A stretch of 64,000 nucleotides of DNA. Origin: Gammaproteobacteria bacterium. GTDB taxonomy: Bacteria; Pseudomonadota; Gammaproteobacteria; Natronospirales; JAJUFS01. Location of the stretch: assembly GCA_033720895.1 (NCBI GenBank), contig JAWWBS010000003.1:3791-67790 (forward strand). Reading direction: 5' to 3'. The translations under genes and the position numbers were made by a program. Positions within the stretch are counted from its first letter, which is position 1. Each line of letters starts with the position of its first letter. The notes under the pieces were generated by a model. It worked only from the letters and a program-made list of their open reading frames with translations, was not told the origin of the DNA and ran no database searches. This document shows, one piece after another, positions 49,147 to 60,788 of the stretch.

Positions 49147-50465
49147 TCAGAAACCTCGATTTCCTTGATGTCGATGCCAAGGCTGGACAAGTCACCCCTG
49201 AAGCGAGGATAGCTTGTCGCCACATTGGCAACATTGCGGATGGTCACCGGTCCCTGCGCCACCGTCGCCGCGATGGCGAAAGCCATGGCAATGCGGTGAT
49301 CCCCGAAGCTGTCCACCTCGCCGCCCTGAAGCTTCCCTCCGGTGACATCCAGCCCGTCCGCATACTCTGTGACCTCGATGCCGAGCGCTCGCAGGCCGGC
49401 CGCCATCGCGGCCAGGCGGTCACTTTCCTTGACCCGAAGCTCGGCCGCACCCCGCAAACGCGTAGTGCCCTCGGCGCAGGCAGCGGCCACCAACAGCACG
49501 GGGATTTCGTCGATGGCCAGCGCCACGTCGTCCGCATCGATATCGACCGCCCGCAGGGCCGAGGGTTCCACATCGATGTCGGCCCACCCTTCCCCGCTGC
49601 CCCTGTCGCGACGTTCCAGCTCGAACCGTGCGCCCATGCGAGTCAGGACGCGCAACAGGCCATCGCGGGTGGCATTGATGCCGACGCCCTCGAGCTGGAT
49701 CGCAGCCCCCTCCTGCAGCAGCCCGAGGACCAGGAAAAAAGCCGCCGAGGACAGGTCGCCGGGCACTTCCAGACGCCCCGGGCTGTCGAGCTTCGGCACG
49801 GGCTCGAGTGCAATCACACTGCCCTGCCGTTCGAGCGGCACGCCAAAGCCCTGCAGCAGGGTCTCGGTGTGATTGCGGCTGACAGCCGGTTCGGTGATGC
49901 GCGCGTGCCGGCCCGCCGCAAGCGCCGCCAGCAACAGGGCCGATTTCACCTGTGCCGAAGCCATCGGCATGGCGTAGTCGATGTCCCGCAGCGCCTGCGA
50001 GCCCTGGATGCGCAACGGCGGTGTGCCGTCGGAATCGGTAGTGATGGCGGCACCCACAGCATTCAAGGGGTCCGCAATTCGCCGCATCGGGCGTTGCATC
50101 AAGGAGGCGTCGCCGACCAGCTCGCTGTCGAAGGGCTGTGCTGCCAGCAGGCCGGCGAGCAGGCGCATGCCAGTGCCCGAATTGCCACAATCGATGGGAC
50201 CGACAGGTGCCTGCAAGCCACAGAGGCCGCGACCCTGGACCAGCCAGTCCTCACCGTCAGGACGAATATCGATGCCCAGCGCCTGCATCGCCTGCAGGGT
50301 ATTCAGACAGTCCTCGCTGGCGAGCAAGCCATGGATGCGGGTCTCGCCTTCGGCCAGGGCGGCCAGGATCAGGGCGCGGTGGGATATCGACTTGTCACCG
50401 GGCACGGCCACCGAGCCTGCTGGTGGCCGGCCCGAGACGGGCTGGACGACAAAGTCAACGCGCAT
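49143..50465 (-). CDS. aroA: 3-phosphoshikimate 1-carboxyvinyltransferase
   Basis: 440 aa with PGDKSISHRALILAALAEG, LDCGNSGTGMRLLAGLLA and the EPSP synthase C-terminus. Confidence 0.94.
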   Translation of the reverse strand: MRVDFVVQPVSGRPPAGSVAVPGDKSISHRALILAALAEGETRIHGLLASEDCLNTLQAMQALGIDIRPDGEDWLVQGRGLCGLQAPVGPIDCGNSGTGMRLLAGLLAAQPFDSELVGDASLMQRPMRRIADPLNAVGAAITTDSDGTPPLRIQGSQALRDIDYAMPMASAQVKSALLLAALAAGRHARITEPAVSRNHTETLLQGFGVPLERQGSVIALEPVPKLDSPGRLEVPGDLSSAAFFLVLGLLQEGAAIQLEGVGINATRDGLLRVLTRMGARFELERRDRGSGEGWADIDVEPSALRAVDIDADDVALAIDEIPVLLVAAACAEGTTRLRGAAELRVKESDRLAAMAAGLRALGIEVTEYADGLDVTGGKLQGGEVDSFGDHRIAMAFAIAATVAQGPVTIRNVANVATSYPRFRGDLSSLGIDIKEIEVSE

Positions 50466-50488
50466 GTCAGCTTGCCCCTGACTTGATG

Positions 50489-51619
50489 TCAGCTTCCAAC
50501 AATACGCCTCAAGGTACTGATAAGTCTGCGGTTTTCATCGGGAAGCCCGATGGAAATCCGCAGGTGTTCGGTCAGACCGTACGGCGCCAGGGGGCGAACA
50601 ATGATGCCCTCCTCCAGCAATGCCTGGTTGATCGCCTTGGCATCACCGACCTTGACGGTCAGGAAATTGCAGACCGAGGGAATGTATTCCAACCCCATGT
50701 CGGTGTACGCCGCGGTCATCTGGGCGAGGCCCTCGCGATTCAGTTCGACGGTCTTGCGGATATGCGCCTGGTCTCCCAGTGCGGCGACGGCAGCCGCCTG
50801 CGCCAGCAGGTTCGGATTGAAGGCGAGGCGCAAGCGGTTCAGAAGGTCCGTCAGCACCGGGTTGGCCAGCGCGTAACCGACGCGCAGGCCCGCCAGGCCA
50901 AAGGCCTTGGAGAATGTCCGCAGCACGATCAGGTTGTCGTAGTCCTTCACCAGCTGCGAACCATCCGTGTAGCGCGGATCTTCGACATACTCGGTGTAGG
51001 CCTCGTCCAGCACCACGACGACATCCTTCGGCACGGCGTCGAGGAATTTCCGGAGGCTCTCGCCATCGACAAAGGTACCGGTCGGGTTGTTCGGGTTGGC
51101 GATGAACACGACGCGGGTGGTGTCGTCGACCTGCGCCAGCATCGCATCGAGGTCATGGCCGTAAGGCTGCTCGTCATGATCCGGCGGCAGGGCATCGGCA
51201 AAGCGCATCTCCGCGCCCGTCGATTTGCCGGTGATGAAGTAGATGGCAAAGGCATACTGCGACATCACGGCAGAGCGCCCGCTGTCCAGGAAGGCTCGCG
51301 AAATCAGTTCGATCAGGTGATCCGAACCCGAGCCCAGCGTGATGTGGTTCTGGCCGATGTCGTGGTAGTCGGACAGTATCCGCTTCAGGTCGAAACCGTT
51401 GCCATCCGGGTAGAGCCCGACCTGGTCAGCCAGCCTTTTCACCGCCTCGATGGCCTTCGGGCTCGCCCCCAGGGGGTTCTCGTTGGATGCCAGCTTGATG
51501 ATGTCGTCGAGCCCCAGTTCGCGCTTCAGCTCGCTGATTGGCTTGCCCGCCTGGTAAGGCTGCAGGGTACGCACGCCTTCGACGCACAGGTCCAGGAATC
51601 GCTCGTCTTGCTTGCTCAT
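50489..51619 (-). CDS. hisC: histidinol-phosphate aminotransferase
   Basis: 376 aa with KLASNENPLG, NPNNPTG and RTFSKAFGLAGLRVGY (PLP lysine). Confidence 0.9.
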   Translation of the reverse strand: MSKQDERFLDLCVEGVRTLQPYQAGKPISELKRELGLDDIIKLASNENPLGASPKAIEAVKRLADQVGLYPDGNGFDLKRILSDYHDIGQNHITLGSGSDHLIELISRAFLDSGRSAVMSQYAFAIYFITGKSTGAEMRFADALPPDHDEQPYGHDLDAMLAQVDDTTRVVFIANPNNPTGTFVDGESLRKFLDAVPKDVVVVLDEAYTEYVEDPRYTDGSQLVKDYDNLIVLRTFSKAFGLAGLRVGYALANPVLTDLLNRLRLAFNPNLLAQAAAVAALGDQAHIRKTVELNREGLAQMTAAYTDMGLEYIPSVCNFLTVKVGDAKAINQALLEEGIIVRPLAPYGLTEHLRISIGLPDENRRLISTLRRIVGS

Positions 51620-51644
51620 TTTCTTCTACCTGTTCTTTCCGACG

Positions 51645-52823
51645 TTACAGGGCGCGCACGTTCAGCACGCCTTCGATACTGCTGATCCGCTCCAGCGTTT
51701 CCGACGGCACTGCCTTGTCGACATCGACCAGGGTGTAGGCCACGTCACCACGTGACTTGTTCAACAGGTCGATGATGTTCAAGCCGGCCTCTGCCAGGGC
51801 GGTGGTGATCTGACCCACCATGTTGGGCACGTTGGCATTGGCCACGGCAAGGCGGAAGCCGCCTTCAGTGCGCGGCATCTTGACCGTCGGGAAATTCACC
51901 GAGTGGCGAATGTTGCCGTTTTCCAGGAACTCTCGCAGGTTGTTGGCCACCATCACTGCGCAGTTTTCTTCCGCTTCCAGCGTGGAAGCACCGAGATGCG
52001 GCAAGGCAATGACTTTCTCGTGCTTGATCAGGCGTTCGTCCGGGAAATCGGTGACATAGGCATGCAGCTGGCCATCATCCAGCGCAGCCAGCACGGCGTC
52101 CTCGTCGACGATGCCGTCGCGCGCAAAGTTCATGATCACGCTGCCCCTGGGCATGAGGCGAATGCGCTCCGCATTGATGATGCCGCGCGTGGCATCGACC
52201 AGCGGAACGTGCACCGTCAGGAAGTTCGACCGTGCGCAGAGGTCATCGAGACTGAGCGCCTCGCCAACACTGGCGGAAAGCTCCCAGGCACGCTCGACCG
52301 TGATCTGCGGATCGAAACCCAGCACCTTCATGCCAAGCTCCTCGGCCGTGTTCGCCACCTTCACGCCGATCGCACCGAGACCGATGACGCCCAGCGTGCG
52401 GCCCGGCAATTCGAAACCCACATACTGTTTCTTGCCCTGCTCCACCGCCGTATGGATATCGGCATTCCCCTCCAGGCCTCGCGTGTAATTCCAGGCCTGG
52501 GGAATGTTGCGCGATGCCAGCAGCATGCCGGCAATCACCAGTTCCTTTACGGCATTGGCATTGGCACCCGGCGCATTGAATACCGGCACGCCAAGCGCCG
52601 TCATCCTGTCCAGCGGGATGTTGTTCACGCCTGCGCCGGCACGAGCAACAGCCTTGACCGTCTCCGGGATGTCCATGTCATGCATCTTGAACGATCGCAG
52701 GATGATTCCGTCGGGATGACCGATCTCGGAGGCGACCTCGTACTGTTCGCGAGGCAACTGGTCCAGGCCCACCGTGGCGATGTTGTTCAGCGTGAGAATC
52801 TTGAAACGCGAAGTATCAGCCAT
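51645..52823 (-). CDS. serA: D-3-phosphoglycerate dehydrogenase (2-hydroxyacid dehydrogenase with C-terminal ACT domain)
   Basis: The ATG at 52823 gives [18 protein letters not shown] motif [13 protein letters not shown] is present. The ACT-like tail is [28 protein letters not shown]. The start overlaps the end of serC. Confidence 0.85.
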   Translation of the reverse strand: MADTSRFKILTLNNIATVGLDQLPREQYEVASEIGHPDGIILRSFKMHDMDIPETVKAVARAGAGVNNIPLDRMTALGVPVFNAPGANANAVKELVIAGMLLASRNIPQAWNYTRGLEGNADIHTAVEQGKKQYVGFELPGRTLGVIGLGAIGVKVANTAEELGMKVLGFDPQITVERAWELSASVGEALSLDDLCARSNFLTVHVPLVDATRGIINAERIRLMPRGSVIMNFARDGIVDEDAVLAALDDGQLHAYVTDFPDERLIKHEKVIALPHLGASTLEAEENCAVMVANNLREFLENGNIRHSVNFPTVKMPRTEGGFRLAVANANVPNMVGQITTALAEAGLNIIDLLNKSRGDVAYTLVDVDKAVPSETLERISSIEGVLNVRAL

Positions 52824-53916
52824 GGCTCTTCTCGAACTCCTGCATGAAGGCAATCAGGGCATCCACACCTGCTTCCGGCATGGCGTTGTAGATGGACGCG
52901 CGCATGCCACCAACGGAGCGATGACCCTTGAGGGAGGTCAGGCCCGCTTGCTCGGCTTCCTTGAGGAACACGGCATCAAGCTCGGGATCCTTCAGGGTGA
53001 ACGGCAGGTTCATGCGCGAACGCACCGCGGGCGCCACCGGATTGGTGTAGAAGTCCGACGCATCGATGGCGGCATAGAGCTTCTCCGCCTTGCGGATGTT
53101 CACCTTCTCGATCGCCTCGACGCCGCCCTGCTGCTTCAACCAGTCGAACACCAGGCCCGCCAGGTACCAGGGATAGGTCGGCGGCGTGTTGAACATGGAG
53201 TCGCCGTCGGCGTGCGCGCGATAGCTGAGCATGCGCGGCAGGTTGTCAGGAAGGTTGTCGAGATGATCGTCGCGAACGATCACGACGGTGAGACCGGAAG
53301 GACCGATGTTCTTCTGCGCCCCGGCGTAGATGACGTCGTACTTCGACACGTCGATCGGACGCGACAGGATGCAGGACGACATGTCGGCGACCAGGGGCTT
53401 GCGCTTGCCATCTTTTCCGACCGGGGTCTCCGGCGGCTGCTGGAACTCCACGCCATGGATGGTTTCGTTCGGGCAGAAATGCACGAAGGCCGCATCATCA
53501 CTGAACTTCCAGTCTTCCCTTGCAGGAATGTCGGTGTAGCTGCTCGCCTTGCCATCGGCCACGATATTCACTTCGCACAGATGCGCCACTTCCTTGATCG
53601 CCTTGTCGGACCAGGCACCGGTGCGGAAGAAGTCGGCCTTCTTGCCGCCCTTCAACAGATTCAAGGCCGACATGCTGTACTGCAGGGACGCGCCACCCTG
53701 CAGGAACAGGACCTTGTAGTTATCGGGAATCGCCAGCAGTTCGCGAAGGTCTGCCTCGGCCTGCTCTGCCACCGCAATGAATTCCTTGGAGCGATGACTG
53801 ATCTCCATCACCGACATGCCGGTATCGCGGAAGTCCAGGAATTCATCCCTGGCCCTTTCCATGACCTCGTTCGGCAACATTGCCGGTCCGGCACTGAAGT
53901 TGTATGCGCGCTTCAT
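52816..53916 (-). CDS. serC: phosphoserine aminotransferase
   Basis: The ATG at 53916 gives [22 protein letters not shown], with [18 protein letters not shown] (PLP lysine). The ORF track extends 25 codons further upstream. Confidence 0.94.
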   Translation of the reverse strand: MKRAYNFSAGPAMLPNEVMERARDEFLDFRDTGMSVMEISHRSKEFIAVAEQAEADLRELLAIPDNYKVLFLQGGASLQYSMSALNLLKGGKKADFFRTGAWSDKAIKEVAHLCEVNIVADGKASSYTDIPAREDWKFSDDAAFVHFCPNETIHGVEFQQPPETPVGKDGKRKPLVADMSSCILSRPIDVSKYDVIYAGAQKNIGPSGLTVVIVRDDHLDNLPDNLPRMLSYRAHADGDSMFNTPPTYPWYLAGLVFDWLKQQGGVEAIEKVNIRKAEKLYAAIDASDFYTNPVAPAVRSRMNLPFTLKDPELDAVFLKEAEQAGLTSLKGHRSVGGMRASIYNAMPEAGVDALIAFMQEFEKSHG

Positions 53917-54019
53917 GCTTGTTCCCCCTGGACTGTCGAAAACTGCGGCTCTGGCCAACTGGTAACTGCTAATGAAAAACGGCGAGGTCACCCTCGCCGC
54001 TCATGCATTGTTGCTGCGA

Positions 54020-56590
54020 TCACTCTGCGACGGCGCCGGCGTCCTCTCCCTCGCCGTCTTCCTCGCCATCGCTCTCGATGCGTTCCACACCGATCAGGCG
54101 CTCGCCATCGCCAAGGCGAATCAGGCGTACGCCCTGGGTATTGCGACCGATCACCGATACGTCCTCGACACTGGTGCGAACCAGCGTTCCGGCATCGGAG
54201 ATCAGCATGATGTGATCTTCCTCGGTAACCAGCTTGGCCGCCACGACCGCGCCATTGCGCTCGTTGGCCTGGATGGAAATCACGCCCTGGCCGCCACGAC
54301 CCTGGGTGTTGTATTCCTCGATACTGGTGCGCTTGCCGTAACCGTTCTCGGTTGCGGTCAGGATGAAGCCTTCTTCGATGATGATGAGGTCCGTGACCCG
54401 CTCGCCCTTGGCCAGCTTGATGCCACGCACACCAGCGGCGGTACGGCCCATGGCGCGAACGTCCTCTTCCTTGAAACGGATGCCCTTGCCGTTCGAGGCC
54501 TGCAGGAACACGTCCTTGCCGCCATCGGTCAATGCCACGCCAACCAGGCGATCTTCGTCACGCAGGTCCACGGCAATGATGCCGTTGGAGCGCGGCCGGC
54601 TGAACGCGTCCAGCGGGGTCTTCTTGACGGTGCCGGATTCGGTCGCGAAGAAGATGAAGAAGCCTTCGGTGTATTCGCGCACCGGCAGCACGGCCGAAAT
54701 GCGTTCGTCCTGCTCCAGCGGCAACAGGTTCACGAAAGGCTTGCCACGGGAACCGCGACTGGCCATCGGCAACTGGTAGACCTTCAGCCAGTAACACTTG
54801 CCGCGGTTCGAGAAACACAGCAGCGTGTCATGGGTGTTCGCCACCCAGAGTTTGTCGACGAAATCCTCGTCCTTCATGGTCGTTGCCGCCTTGCCGCGCC
54901 CGCCGCGCTTCTGCGCACGATAGGCATCCAGCGGTTGCGCCTTCGCATAACCATGATGCGACAGCGTCACGACAACGTCTTCTTCCTCGATGAGATCCTC
55001 GTAGGAGAGCTCGGAATAATCGACATTGATTTCAGTACGGCGCTCGTCGCCATACTGATCGCGAATCTCGACAAGCTCCTCGCGAATCACTTCCATCAGG
55101 CGCGTCTCGTTGCCGAGGATCTCGCGCAGCTCCTGGATGCGCTCCAGCAGCGTCTTGTACTCCTCGACGATCTTGTCCTGCTCGAGACCCGTCAGGCGAT
55201 GCAGTCGCAGTTCCAGGATGGCCTGGGCCTGCGCTTCGGACAGTCGATACTTGCCGTCGACCAGGCCGAACTCCTTGCCAAGACCGTCCGGGCGCGATGC
55301 TTCCGCGCCGGCTCGCGCCAGCATGTCGCTGACAACGCCGGGCTCCCACTCGGTGGCCACCAGGCCCGCCTTGGCTTCCGCCGGGCTCGGGGACTTCTTG
55401 ATCAGCTGGATGACCGGATCGATATTCGCCAGCGCGACCGCCAGGCCTTCCAACACGTGCGCACGCTCGCGCGCCTTGCGCAGGTCGAACACCGTACGGC
55501 GGGTGACGACTTCGCGACGATGGCGAATGAATGCCTCGAGCATGTCCTTCAGCGGCAGCAGCTTGGGCTGGCCATCGACCAGCGACACCATGTTGATGCC
55601 GAATACCGACTGCATGGCGGTCTGCTGGTAGAGGTTGTTCAGGATGACTTCGGCGTTTTCGCCCTTGCGCAGCTCGATCACCACGCGCATGCCGTCCTTG
55701 TCGGATTCGTCACGCAGCTCGGTAATGCCCTCGAGCTTCTTCTCCTTGACCAGCTCGGCGATGCGTTCCAGCAGGCGCGCCTTGTTAACCATGAACGGCA
55801 GCTCGTGCACGATGATGCGCTGCTTGCCGGCCTTTTCCATGTCTTCGATTTCGGCGCGAGCGCGCATGTAGATGCGGCCACGACCGGTGGCATAGGCTTC
55901 CTGGATACCGCGCACGCCATTGATGATGCCGGCCGTCGGCAGGTCCGGGCCCGGGATGTGCTCCATCAGGTCGGCGAGCTGCAGGTCCGGGTTGTCGATC
56001 AGCGCCACGCAGGCATTCACGACTTCAGTCAGGTTGTGCGGCGGAATGTTCGTCGCCATGCCGACCGCGATACCGGACGAGCCGTTGATCAGCAGGTTGG
56101 GCAGGCGCGTCGGCAGGACTGCCGGCTCCCATTCGGACTCGTCGTAGTTCGGAATGAAATCGACGGTTTCCTTTTCGATATCCGCCAGCATTTCATGCGC
56201 GATCTTGGCCATGCGAACTTCGGTGTAACGCATCGCTGCCGGCGAATCGCCGTCGATGGAACCGAAGTTGCCCTGCCCATCGACCAGCATGTAACGCAGC
56301 GAAAAAGGCTGCGCCATGCGAACCATGGTGTCGTAGACCGCTGAGTCGCCATGCGGATGGTACTTACCGATGACGTCACCGACCACGCGGGCCGATTTCT
56401 TGTAGGGCTTGTTGTAGTCGTTGCCCAGTTCCTTCATCGCATACAACACGCGGCGATGAACGGGCTTCAGACCGTCACGGACGTCTGGCAGTGCGCGGCC
56501 CACGATCACGCTCATGGCGTAATCGAGGTACGACTGCTTCATTTCGTCTTCGAGGTTTACGTGCGAAATTTCGCGGGCAAAGTCAGCCAT
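54020..56590 (-). CDS. gyrA: DNA gyrase subunit A
   Basis: 856 aa with [20 protein letters not shown] (QRDR), the catalytic AAMRYTE, a beta-pinwheel CTD and an acidic tail. Confidence 0.97.
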   Translation of the reverse strand: MADFAREISHVNLEDEMKQSYLDYAMSVIVGRALPDVRDGLKPVHRRVLYAMKELGNDYNKPYKKSARVVGDVIGKYHPHGDSAVYDTMVRMAQPFSLRYMLVDGQGNFGSIDGDSPAAMRYTEVRMAKIAHEMLADIEKETVDFIPNYDESEWEPAVLPTRLPNLLINGSSGIAVGMATNIPPHNLTEVVNACVALIDNPDLQLADLMEHIPGPDLPTAGIINGVRGIQEAYATGRGRIYMRARAEIEDMEKAGKQRIIVHELPFMVNKARLLERIAELVKEKKLEGITELRDESDKDGMRVVIELRKGENAEVILNNLYQQTAMQSVFGINMVSLVDGQPKLLPLKDMLEAFIRHRREVVTRRTVFDLRKARERAHVLEGLAVALANIDPVIQLIKKSPSPAEAKAGLVATEWEPGVVSDMLARAGAEASRPDGLGKEFGLVDGKYRLSEAQAQAILELRLHRLTGLEQDKIVEEYKTLLERIQELREILGNETRLMEVIREELVEIRDQYGDERRTEINVDYSELSYEDLIEEEDVVVTLSHHGYAKAQPLDAYRAQKRGGRGKAATTMKDEDFVDKLWVANTHDTLLCFSNRGKCYWLKVYQLPMASRGSRGKPFVNLLPLEQDERISAVLPVREYTEGFFIFFATESGTVKKTPLDAFSRPRSNGIIAVDLRDEDRLVGVALTDGGKDVFLQASNGKGIRFKEEDVRAMGRTAAGVRGIKLAKGERVTDLIIIEEGFILTATENGYGKRTSIEEYNTQGRGGQGVISIQANERNGAVVAAKLVTEEDHIMLISDAGTLVRTSVEDVSVIGRNTQGVRLIRLGDGERLIGVERIESDGEEDGEGEDAGAVAE

Positions 56591-56777
56591 GCGGGAGGTC
56601 GCTATCCTTGTTTGAGAACGGGTCGGTTCCGGGTCTGTAAACCGGCGGTGACACGGGCCCTGCAGCGGGTCCCGTGGTGGGCAATTTCTGCTCTATTTTT
56701 CACCACCGAATCGAAGCATTCATGCTATCACAGCAGGCCTATCCAGGGGACTTTTTTAGGGCTGAAAAACCGCCAAT

Positions 56778-57809
56778 TCACGACCTGAAAACATGCTTCA
56801 TCGCCGCCTTGTCCGGCGACTCCAGGACCCCGCGGTCGGTGACCAGCAAGTCAACGCATTCAGCGGGTGTGATATCGAATGCAGGATTGACGACCGTGAT
56901 GCCAGCCGGCGGCTCGTCCATTCCGGCAGCGGCGAGAATCTCCCCGGCTGGCCGGTTTTCAATGGTGATTTCTTCACCATCCTGGATGGACATGTCGACC
57001 GTGGACGTTGGCGCAACCACCATGACTTTCGCGCCATGGGCTTTGGCCAGCCGGGCCAGGCCATAGGTGCCGATCTTGTTGGCAACATCACCGTTGGCGG
57101 CAATCCGGTCAGCGCCGACAATCAACCAGTCGATGCCTGCGGTCCGCATGACATGACCGGCTGCGCCCTCGGTAATGAGCCGCCCGCGGACACCCGCCTG
57201 GCTGAGCTCCCAGGCCGTCAGGCGAGCACCCTGTTGCCAGGGCCGGGTCTCGGTGAAATGGACGGAGGCGAGCTTGTCTTCGACCGCCGCCTGCATGATC
57301 ACGCCCAGCGCCGTACCAAACCCCCCGGTGGCCAGCGAACCGGTATTGCAGTGAGTGAACACCCTGGCGCCAGGCAGCAGCTTCGCGGCACCCAGGGCCG
57401 CCATCGCGCGGTTCATTTCACGGTCCTGCTCGGCAATCCGCTGTGCGACGGCCACCAGGTCCTCGAATTCCTGACTCTCGACCAGCGCCTGTCGCATCCT
57501 GTCGATGGCCCAGTGCAGGTTGACCGCTGTCGGGCGGGCATCGGCCAGGCGGATCAAGGCGGCCTCGAAACCTGGCTCGTCATCCTTGGCCAGGTAGTCG
57601 CGAACAGCCAGGCAGACGCCGTAGGCGGCGGCAATGCCGATGGCAGGCGCCCCGCGCACTGCCATGCCGGCGATGGCCTCGCCGACCGCATCGCTGTCCC
57701 GGGCCTCCAGCCAGCGGATCTCGGCGGGCAATTTTCGCTGGTCTAGAATGCGAAGATGGTCATTTGCCCACTGGAGCGGCAGAATAGGCTGTGTAACAGT
57801 CTGGTTCAT
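56778..57809 (-). CDS. mtnA: S-methyl-5-thioribose-1-phosphate isomerase
   Basis: 343 aa of the eIF-2B alpha/beta/delta-like family, with VRGAPAIGIAAAYG, THCNTGSLATGGFGTALG and GADRIAANGDVANKIGTY. Confidence 0.9.
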   Translation of the reverse strand: MNQTVTQPILPLQWANDHLRILDQRKLPAEIRWLEARDSDAVGEAIAGMAVRGAPAIGIAAAYGVCLAVRDYLAKDDEPGFEAALIRLADARPTAVNLHWAIDRMRQALVESQEFEDLVAVAQRIAEQDREMNRAMAALGAAKLLPGARVFTHCNTGSLATGGFGTALGVIMQAAVEDKLASVHFTETRPWQQGARLTAWELSQAGVRGRLITEGAAGHVMRTAGIDWLIVGADRIAANGDVANKIGTYGLARLAKAHGAKVMVVAPTSTVDMSIQDGEEITIENRPAGEILAAAGMDEPPAGITVVNPAFDITPAECVDLLVTDRGVLESPDKAAMKHVFRS

Positions 57810-57920
57810 GGCATCAAAAATAGAATAAAGTGCGTGAAATCAGCAGGTTTTCTGATATATTTAGAGCAGTTTAGGAGCAAACGAAACTGCTCGGCGTCAA
57901 TTGCGAGGATTCAAAATAGC

Positions 57921-58442
57921 ATGGGCCAACGGCTGCAGTGGATACTTTTTGCGGTTTTGCTGGGTGCGAGCTTCGGCGCACAATCGGCTGAACCTGCCTC
58001 TGCCGAGGGTGCTGCAACCGGCATCCCGGCCTTTCCTGCGTCCTTCGAATGCAGCGCCGGTTCCGACGACTGCCCTTCCGTGCTGAAAGAACCGCAGTCG
58101 ATGGTATTCGTGACCCGCATCCCCTTCCAGACCGGCAGCGCCCTGCTGACCGAGCAGGCGAAGAACGAGCTGTTGCGCTTCCTGGTCGAGCTCGAGTCCT
58201 TTTCAATCGTGCAGGGCTTTTCGATTGTCGGGCACTCGGACCCCAGTGGCCCGGAGGACTTCAATCGCTGGTTGTCGGAAAAGCGCGCCGCACAGGTCAG
58301 CTGGCACTTCCGCCAGAGCGGTGTTGATCCCCGCACCATCGACATCTCCGGTGCCGGTTCTTTGCAACCTTATGTTGGTGCCATCGACCCGGCAGAACAC
58401 CGTCGCGTCGAAGTTCGCGTCACCGTCCGCCCGTTCCTCTGA
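57921..58442 (+). CDS. OmpA-family (OmpA_C-like) periplasmic protein
   Basis: The ATG at 57921 gives the signal peptide MGQRLQWILFAVLLGASFGAQSAEP. OmpA_C-like region: FQTGSALLTEQAKNEL...IVGHSDPSGPEDFNRWLSEKRAAQV. Confidence 0.75.
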   Translation: MGQRLQWILFAVLLGASFGAQSAEPASAEGAATGIPAFPASFECSAGSDDCPSVLKEPQSMVFVTRIPFQTGSALLTEQAKNELLRFLVELESFSIVQGFSIVGHSDPSGPEDFNRWLSEKRAAQVSWHFRQSGVDPRTIDISGAGSLQPYVGAIDPAEHRRVEVRVTVRPFL

Positions 58443-58555
58443 TCCAGCCGCAACAAGTCCGGTGACGGCTGCGTTTCTGCGGCCGTTGCGCTAGGCTTTG
58501 CAAAAATTCCCGCAGCCGCTGAACAGCGTGCCTGCCAAGCCGCGAGGAGATCACG

Positions 58556-59386
58556 ATGCAAGATATCCTGAACCTGCTCAATGATTACGACTGGCAACAG
58601 CTGCTGCTCCACTGGGGCAGCCGGATTCTCATTGCCCTCGCGATCTTCGTCGTGGGTCGCTGGGTCGGCAAATTGCTGGGACGACTGATTCGCAACGTGG
58701 TCGGTAAGGCCGGCATGGACAACCTGCTGGCAGGTTTCCTCGGCAAGCTCGTGTCGGTTGCGATCACTGCAGTCGCCTTGATTGCCGCACTCGACCAGGT
58801 CGGGGTAAACACCACATCACTGGTGGCCGTACTTGGTGCGGCCGGCCTGGCCATCGGCCTGGCCCTGCAGGGCTCGCTGTCGAACTTCGCGTCCAGCATC
58901 ATGATCATGATCTTCAAGCCCTTCCGCGTTGGAGATTTCGTGGATGCCGGTGGCACCTCGGGCACCATCCAGGAAATCGGCATGTTCCACACGCGCCTGA
59001 CGACCACCGACAACCAGCTGATCATCGTGCCCAACAGCGCGATCATGGGCGGCAACATCATCAACTACACCATCAACGACACGCGACGCATCAACGAAAC
59101 CATCGGAATCAGTTACGGCGATGACCCGGCGAAGGCACGCGAGCTGCTGTTCCGGATCATTCGCGATGATGACCGCATTCTTTCCGAACCCGACCCGATC
59201 GTGTGGCTCAACCAGTTCGGCGACTCGAGCGTCAACCTGGTCATCCGTTGCTGGACGAAGACGGAAGATTACTGGCAGACCCGCGCAGACCTGCTCGAGG
59301 CCATCAAGAAAGCCTTCGATGAACACGGCATTTCCATTCCGTTCCCGCAGCGGGTCATCCACCAGTATTCACATTCCGTTGATTGA
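58556..59386 (+). CDS. small-conductance mechanosensitive channel (MscS family)
   Basis: 276 aa with three TM helices followed by the MscS beta domain (FKPFRVGDFVDAGGTSGTIQEIGMFHTRLTTTDNQLIIVPNS). Confidence 0.9.
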   Translation: MQDILNLLNDYDWQQLLLHWGSRILIALAIFVVGRWVGKLLGRLIRNVVGKAGMDNLLAGFLGKLVSVAITAVALIAALDQVGVNTTSLVAVLGAAGLAIGLALQGSLSNFASSIMIMIFKPFRVGDFVDAGGTSGTIQEIGMFHTRLTTTDNQLIIVPNSAIMGGNIINYTINDTRRINETIGISYGDDPAKARELLFRIIRDDDRILSEPDPIVWLNQFGDSSVNLVIRCWTKTEDYWQTRADLLEAIKKAFDEHGISIPFPQRVIHQYSHSVD

Positions 59387-59450
59387 GTGGCAGCGGGCAG
59401 CCTGCCTGTCCGCCACCCTGCATGTACCGATTCGAAAGGAAATCAGTTGA

Positions 59451-60788
59451 ATGAGCACTGAGCATCCCGCCGCGCTCGAAATCATTGCCCCCGAATGGAT
59501 CATTCCGGTGCGCCCACGGGGCGAGGTCCTGACCCGGCATGCGGTGGTTGTTGAAAAGGGCCGAATCGGCTCCATCCAGCCCGTCGAAGAGGCCATCGCC
59601 CAGCATCCGGAAGCGACACTGACTCGCCTTCCGGGCCAGGCGCTGCTGCCCGGCTTCGTGAATGCACATGGCCATGCTGCCATGACGTTGCTGCGCGGCC
59701 TCGCCGACGACCTGCCCCTGCACAGCTGGCTGAATGATCACATCTGGCCAGCCGAAGGAAAATGGGTCAGCCAGGAGTTCGTTCGCGATGGTGTGGAACT
59801 GGCGATCGTCGAGATGCTGGCGGGTGGCACGACCACCTTCAGCGACATGTATTTCTTCCCGGGCGCAACTGCTGGTGCAGCACAACGGCTCGGCATACGC
59901 GCGGCCATCGGCATCGTGGTGATCGAATTCCCGACCGCCTGGGCCGACAATCCGGACGAGTACATTCGCAAGGGCCTGGCAGTTCGTGATGATTTCAAAT
60001 CCGACGACGGCCTGAGCTTTTTCTTTGCCCCGCACGCACCCTACACGGTCAGCGATGACAGCCTGCAGAAACTCCAGGGCATCGCCAACGAAATCGACCT
60101 GGGCATCCAGATGCACGTGCATGAAACCAGCGGTGAAGTGGCGGATGCCGTTGCAGCCAACGGTCAGCGCCCGTTGGCCCGGCTCGACGAGCTCGGCCTG
60201 CTGGCGCCGAACTTCATGGCCGTGCACATGACCGCACTGAGTGAAGAAGAAATCGACCTGGTCGCATCACGAGGTGCCCATGTCATTCACTGTCCGGAAT
60301 CTAACCTGAAGCTCGCCAGTGGTTTCTGCCCGGTGGCCGCATTGCAGGCAGCCGGCGTCAACGTGGCGCTCGGGACCGACGGTGCTGCCAGCAACAACGA
60401 CCTCGACATGCTGGGCGAGCTGCGCACCGCCGCCATGCTGGCCAAGGGCGTCGCCGACACGCCGACCGCCGTTCCTGCGGAGGTCGCACTGGAGATGGCA
60501 ACACTGAATGGTGCAATGGCGCTGAACATGGCACAGGACGTCGGCAGCATCGAAGTCGGCAAGCGCGCCGACCTGGTCGCTATCGACCTGTCGGCGCCGG
60601 CAACGACACCGGTATTCAATCCCATCTCGCAGGTCGTGTATGCGGCCAGTCGCGACCAGGTCAGCAATGTCTGGGTGGGTGGCCGACGTCGCCTAGAAAA
60701 CCATCGCCTGGTCGACATCGATGTCGACGGCATCATGTCGCGGGCGCGCCAGTGGCGCGAGCGCATTGCAGCGGAGGACAGGTCATGA
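59451..60788 (+). CDS. mtaD: 5-methylthioadenosine/S-adenosylhomocysteine deaminase (TRZ/ATZ amidohydrolase)
   Basis: 445 aa with LLPGFVNAHGHAAMTLLRG, HVHETSGEV and GTDGAASNNDLDM metal-ligand motifs. The stop overlaps the ubiG start as ATGA. Confidence 0.85.
   Translation: MSTEHPAALEIIAPEWIIPVRPRGEVLTRHAVVVEKGRIGSIQPVEEAIAQHPEATLTRLPGQALLPGFVNAHGHAAMTLLRGLADDLPLHSWLNDHIWPAEGKWVSQEFVRDGVELAIVEMLAGGTTTFSDMYFFPGATAGAAQRLGIRAAIGIVVIEFPTAWADNPDEYIRKGLAVRDDFKSDDGLSFFFAPHAPYTVSDDSLQKLQGIANEIDLGIQMHVHETSGEVADAVAANGQRPLARLDELGLLAPNFMAVHMTALSEEEIDLVASRGAHVIHCPESNLKLASGFCPVAALQAAGVNVALGTDGAASNNDLDMLGELRTAAMLAKGVADTPTAVPAEVALEMATLNGAMALNMAQDVGSIEVGKRADLVAIDLSAPATTPVFNPISQVVYAASRDQVSNVWVGGRRRLENHRLVDIDVDGIMSRARQWRERIAAEDRS

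Noticed and set aside
53972-56344. 790-aa plus-strand ORF antisense to gyrA. Similar cases occur at 35243..36895, 46922..48256, 50138..51685, 52774..54210, 6093..7301, 13137..14639, 21076..22359 and 41814..43013.
   Set aside because: Each lies opposite a confidently identified conserved gene and has the Arg/Gly/Ala/Leu-biased composition expected from stop-poor antisense frames in GC-rich sequence. None has independent support.
56330-56344. gyrA quinolone-resistance-determining positions 83 and 87
   Set aside because: The sequence reads Ser83 and Asp87 ([11 protein letters not shown]), which is the wild-type susceptible configuration. Nothing to report.
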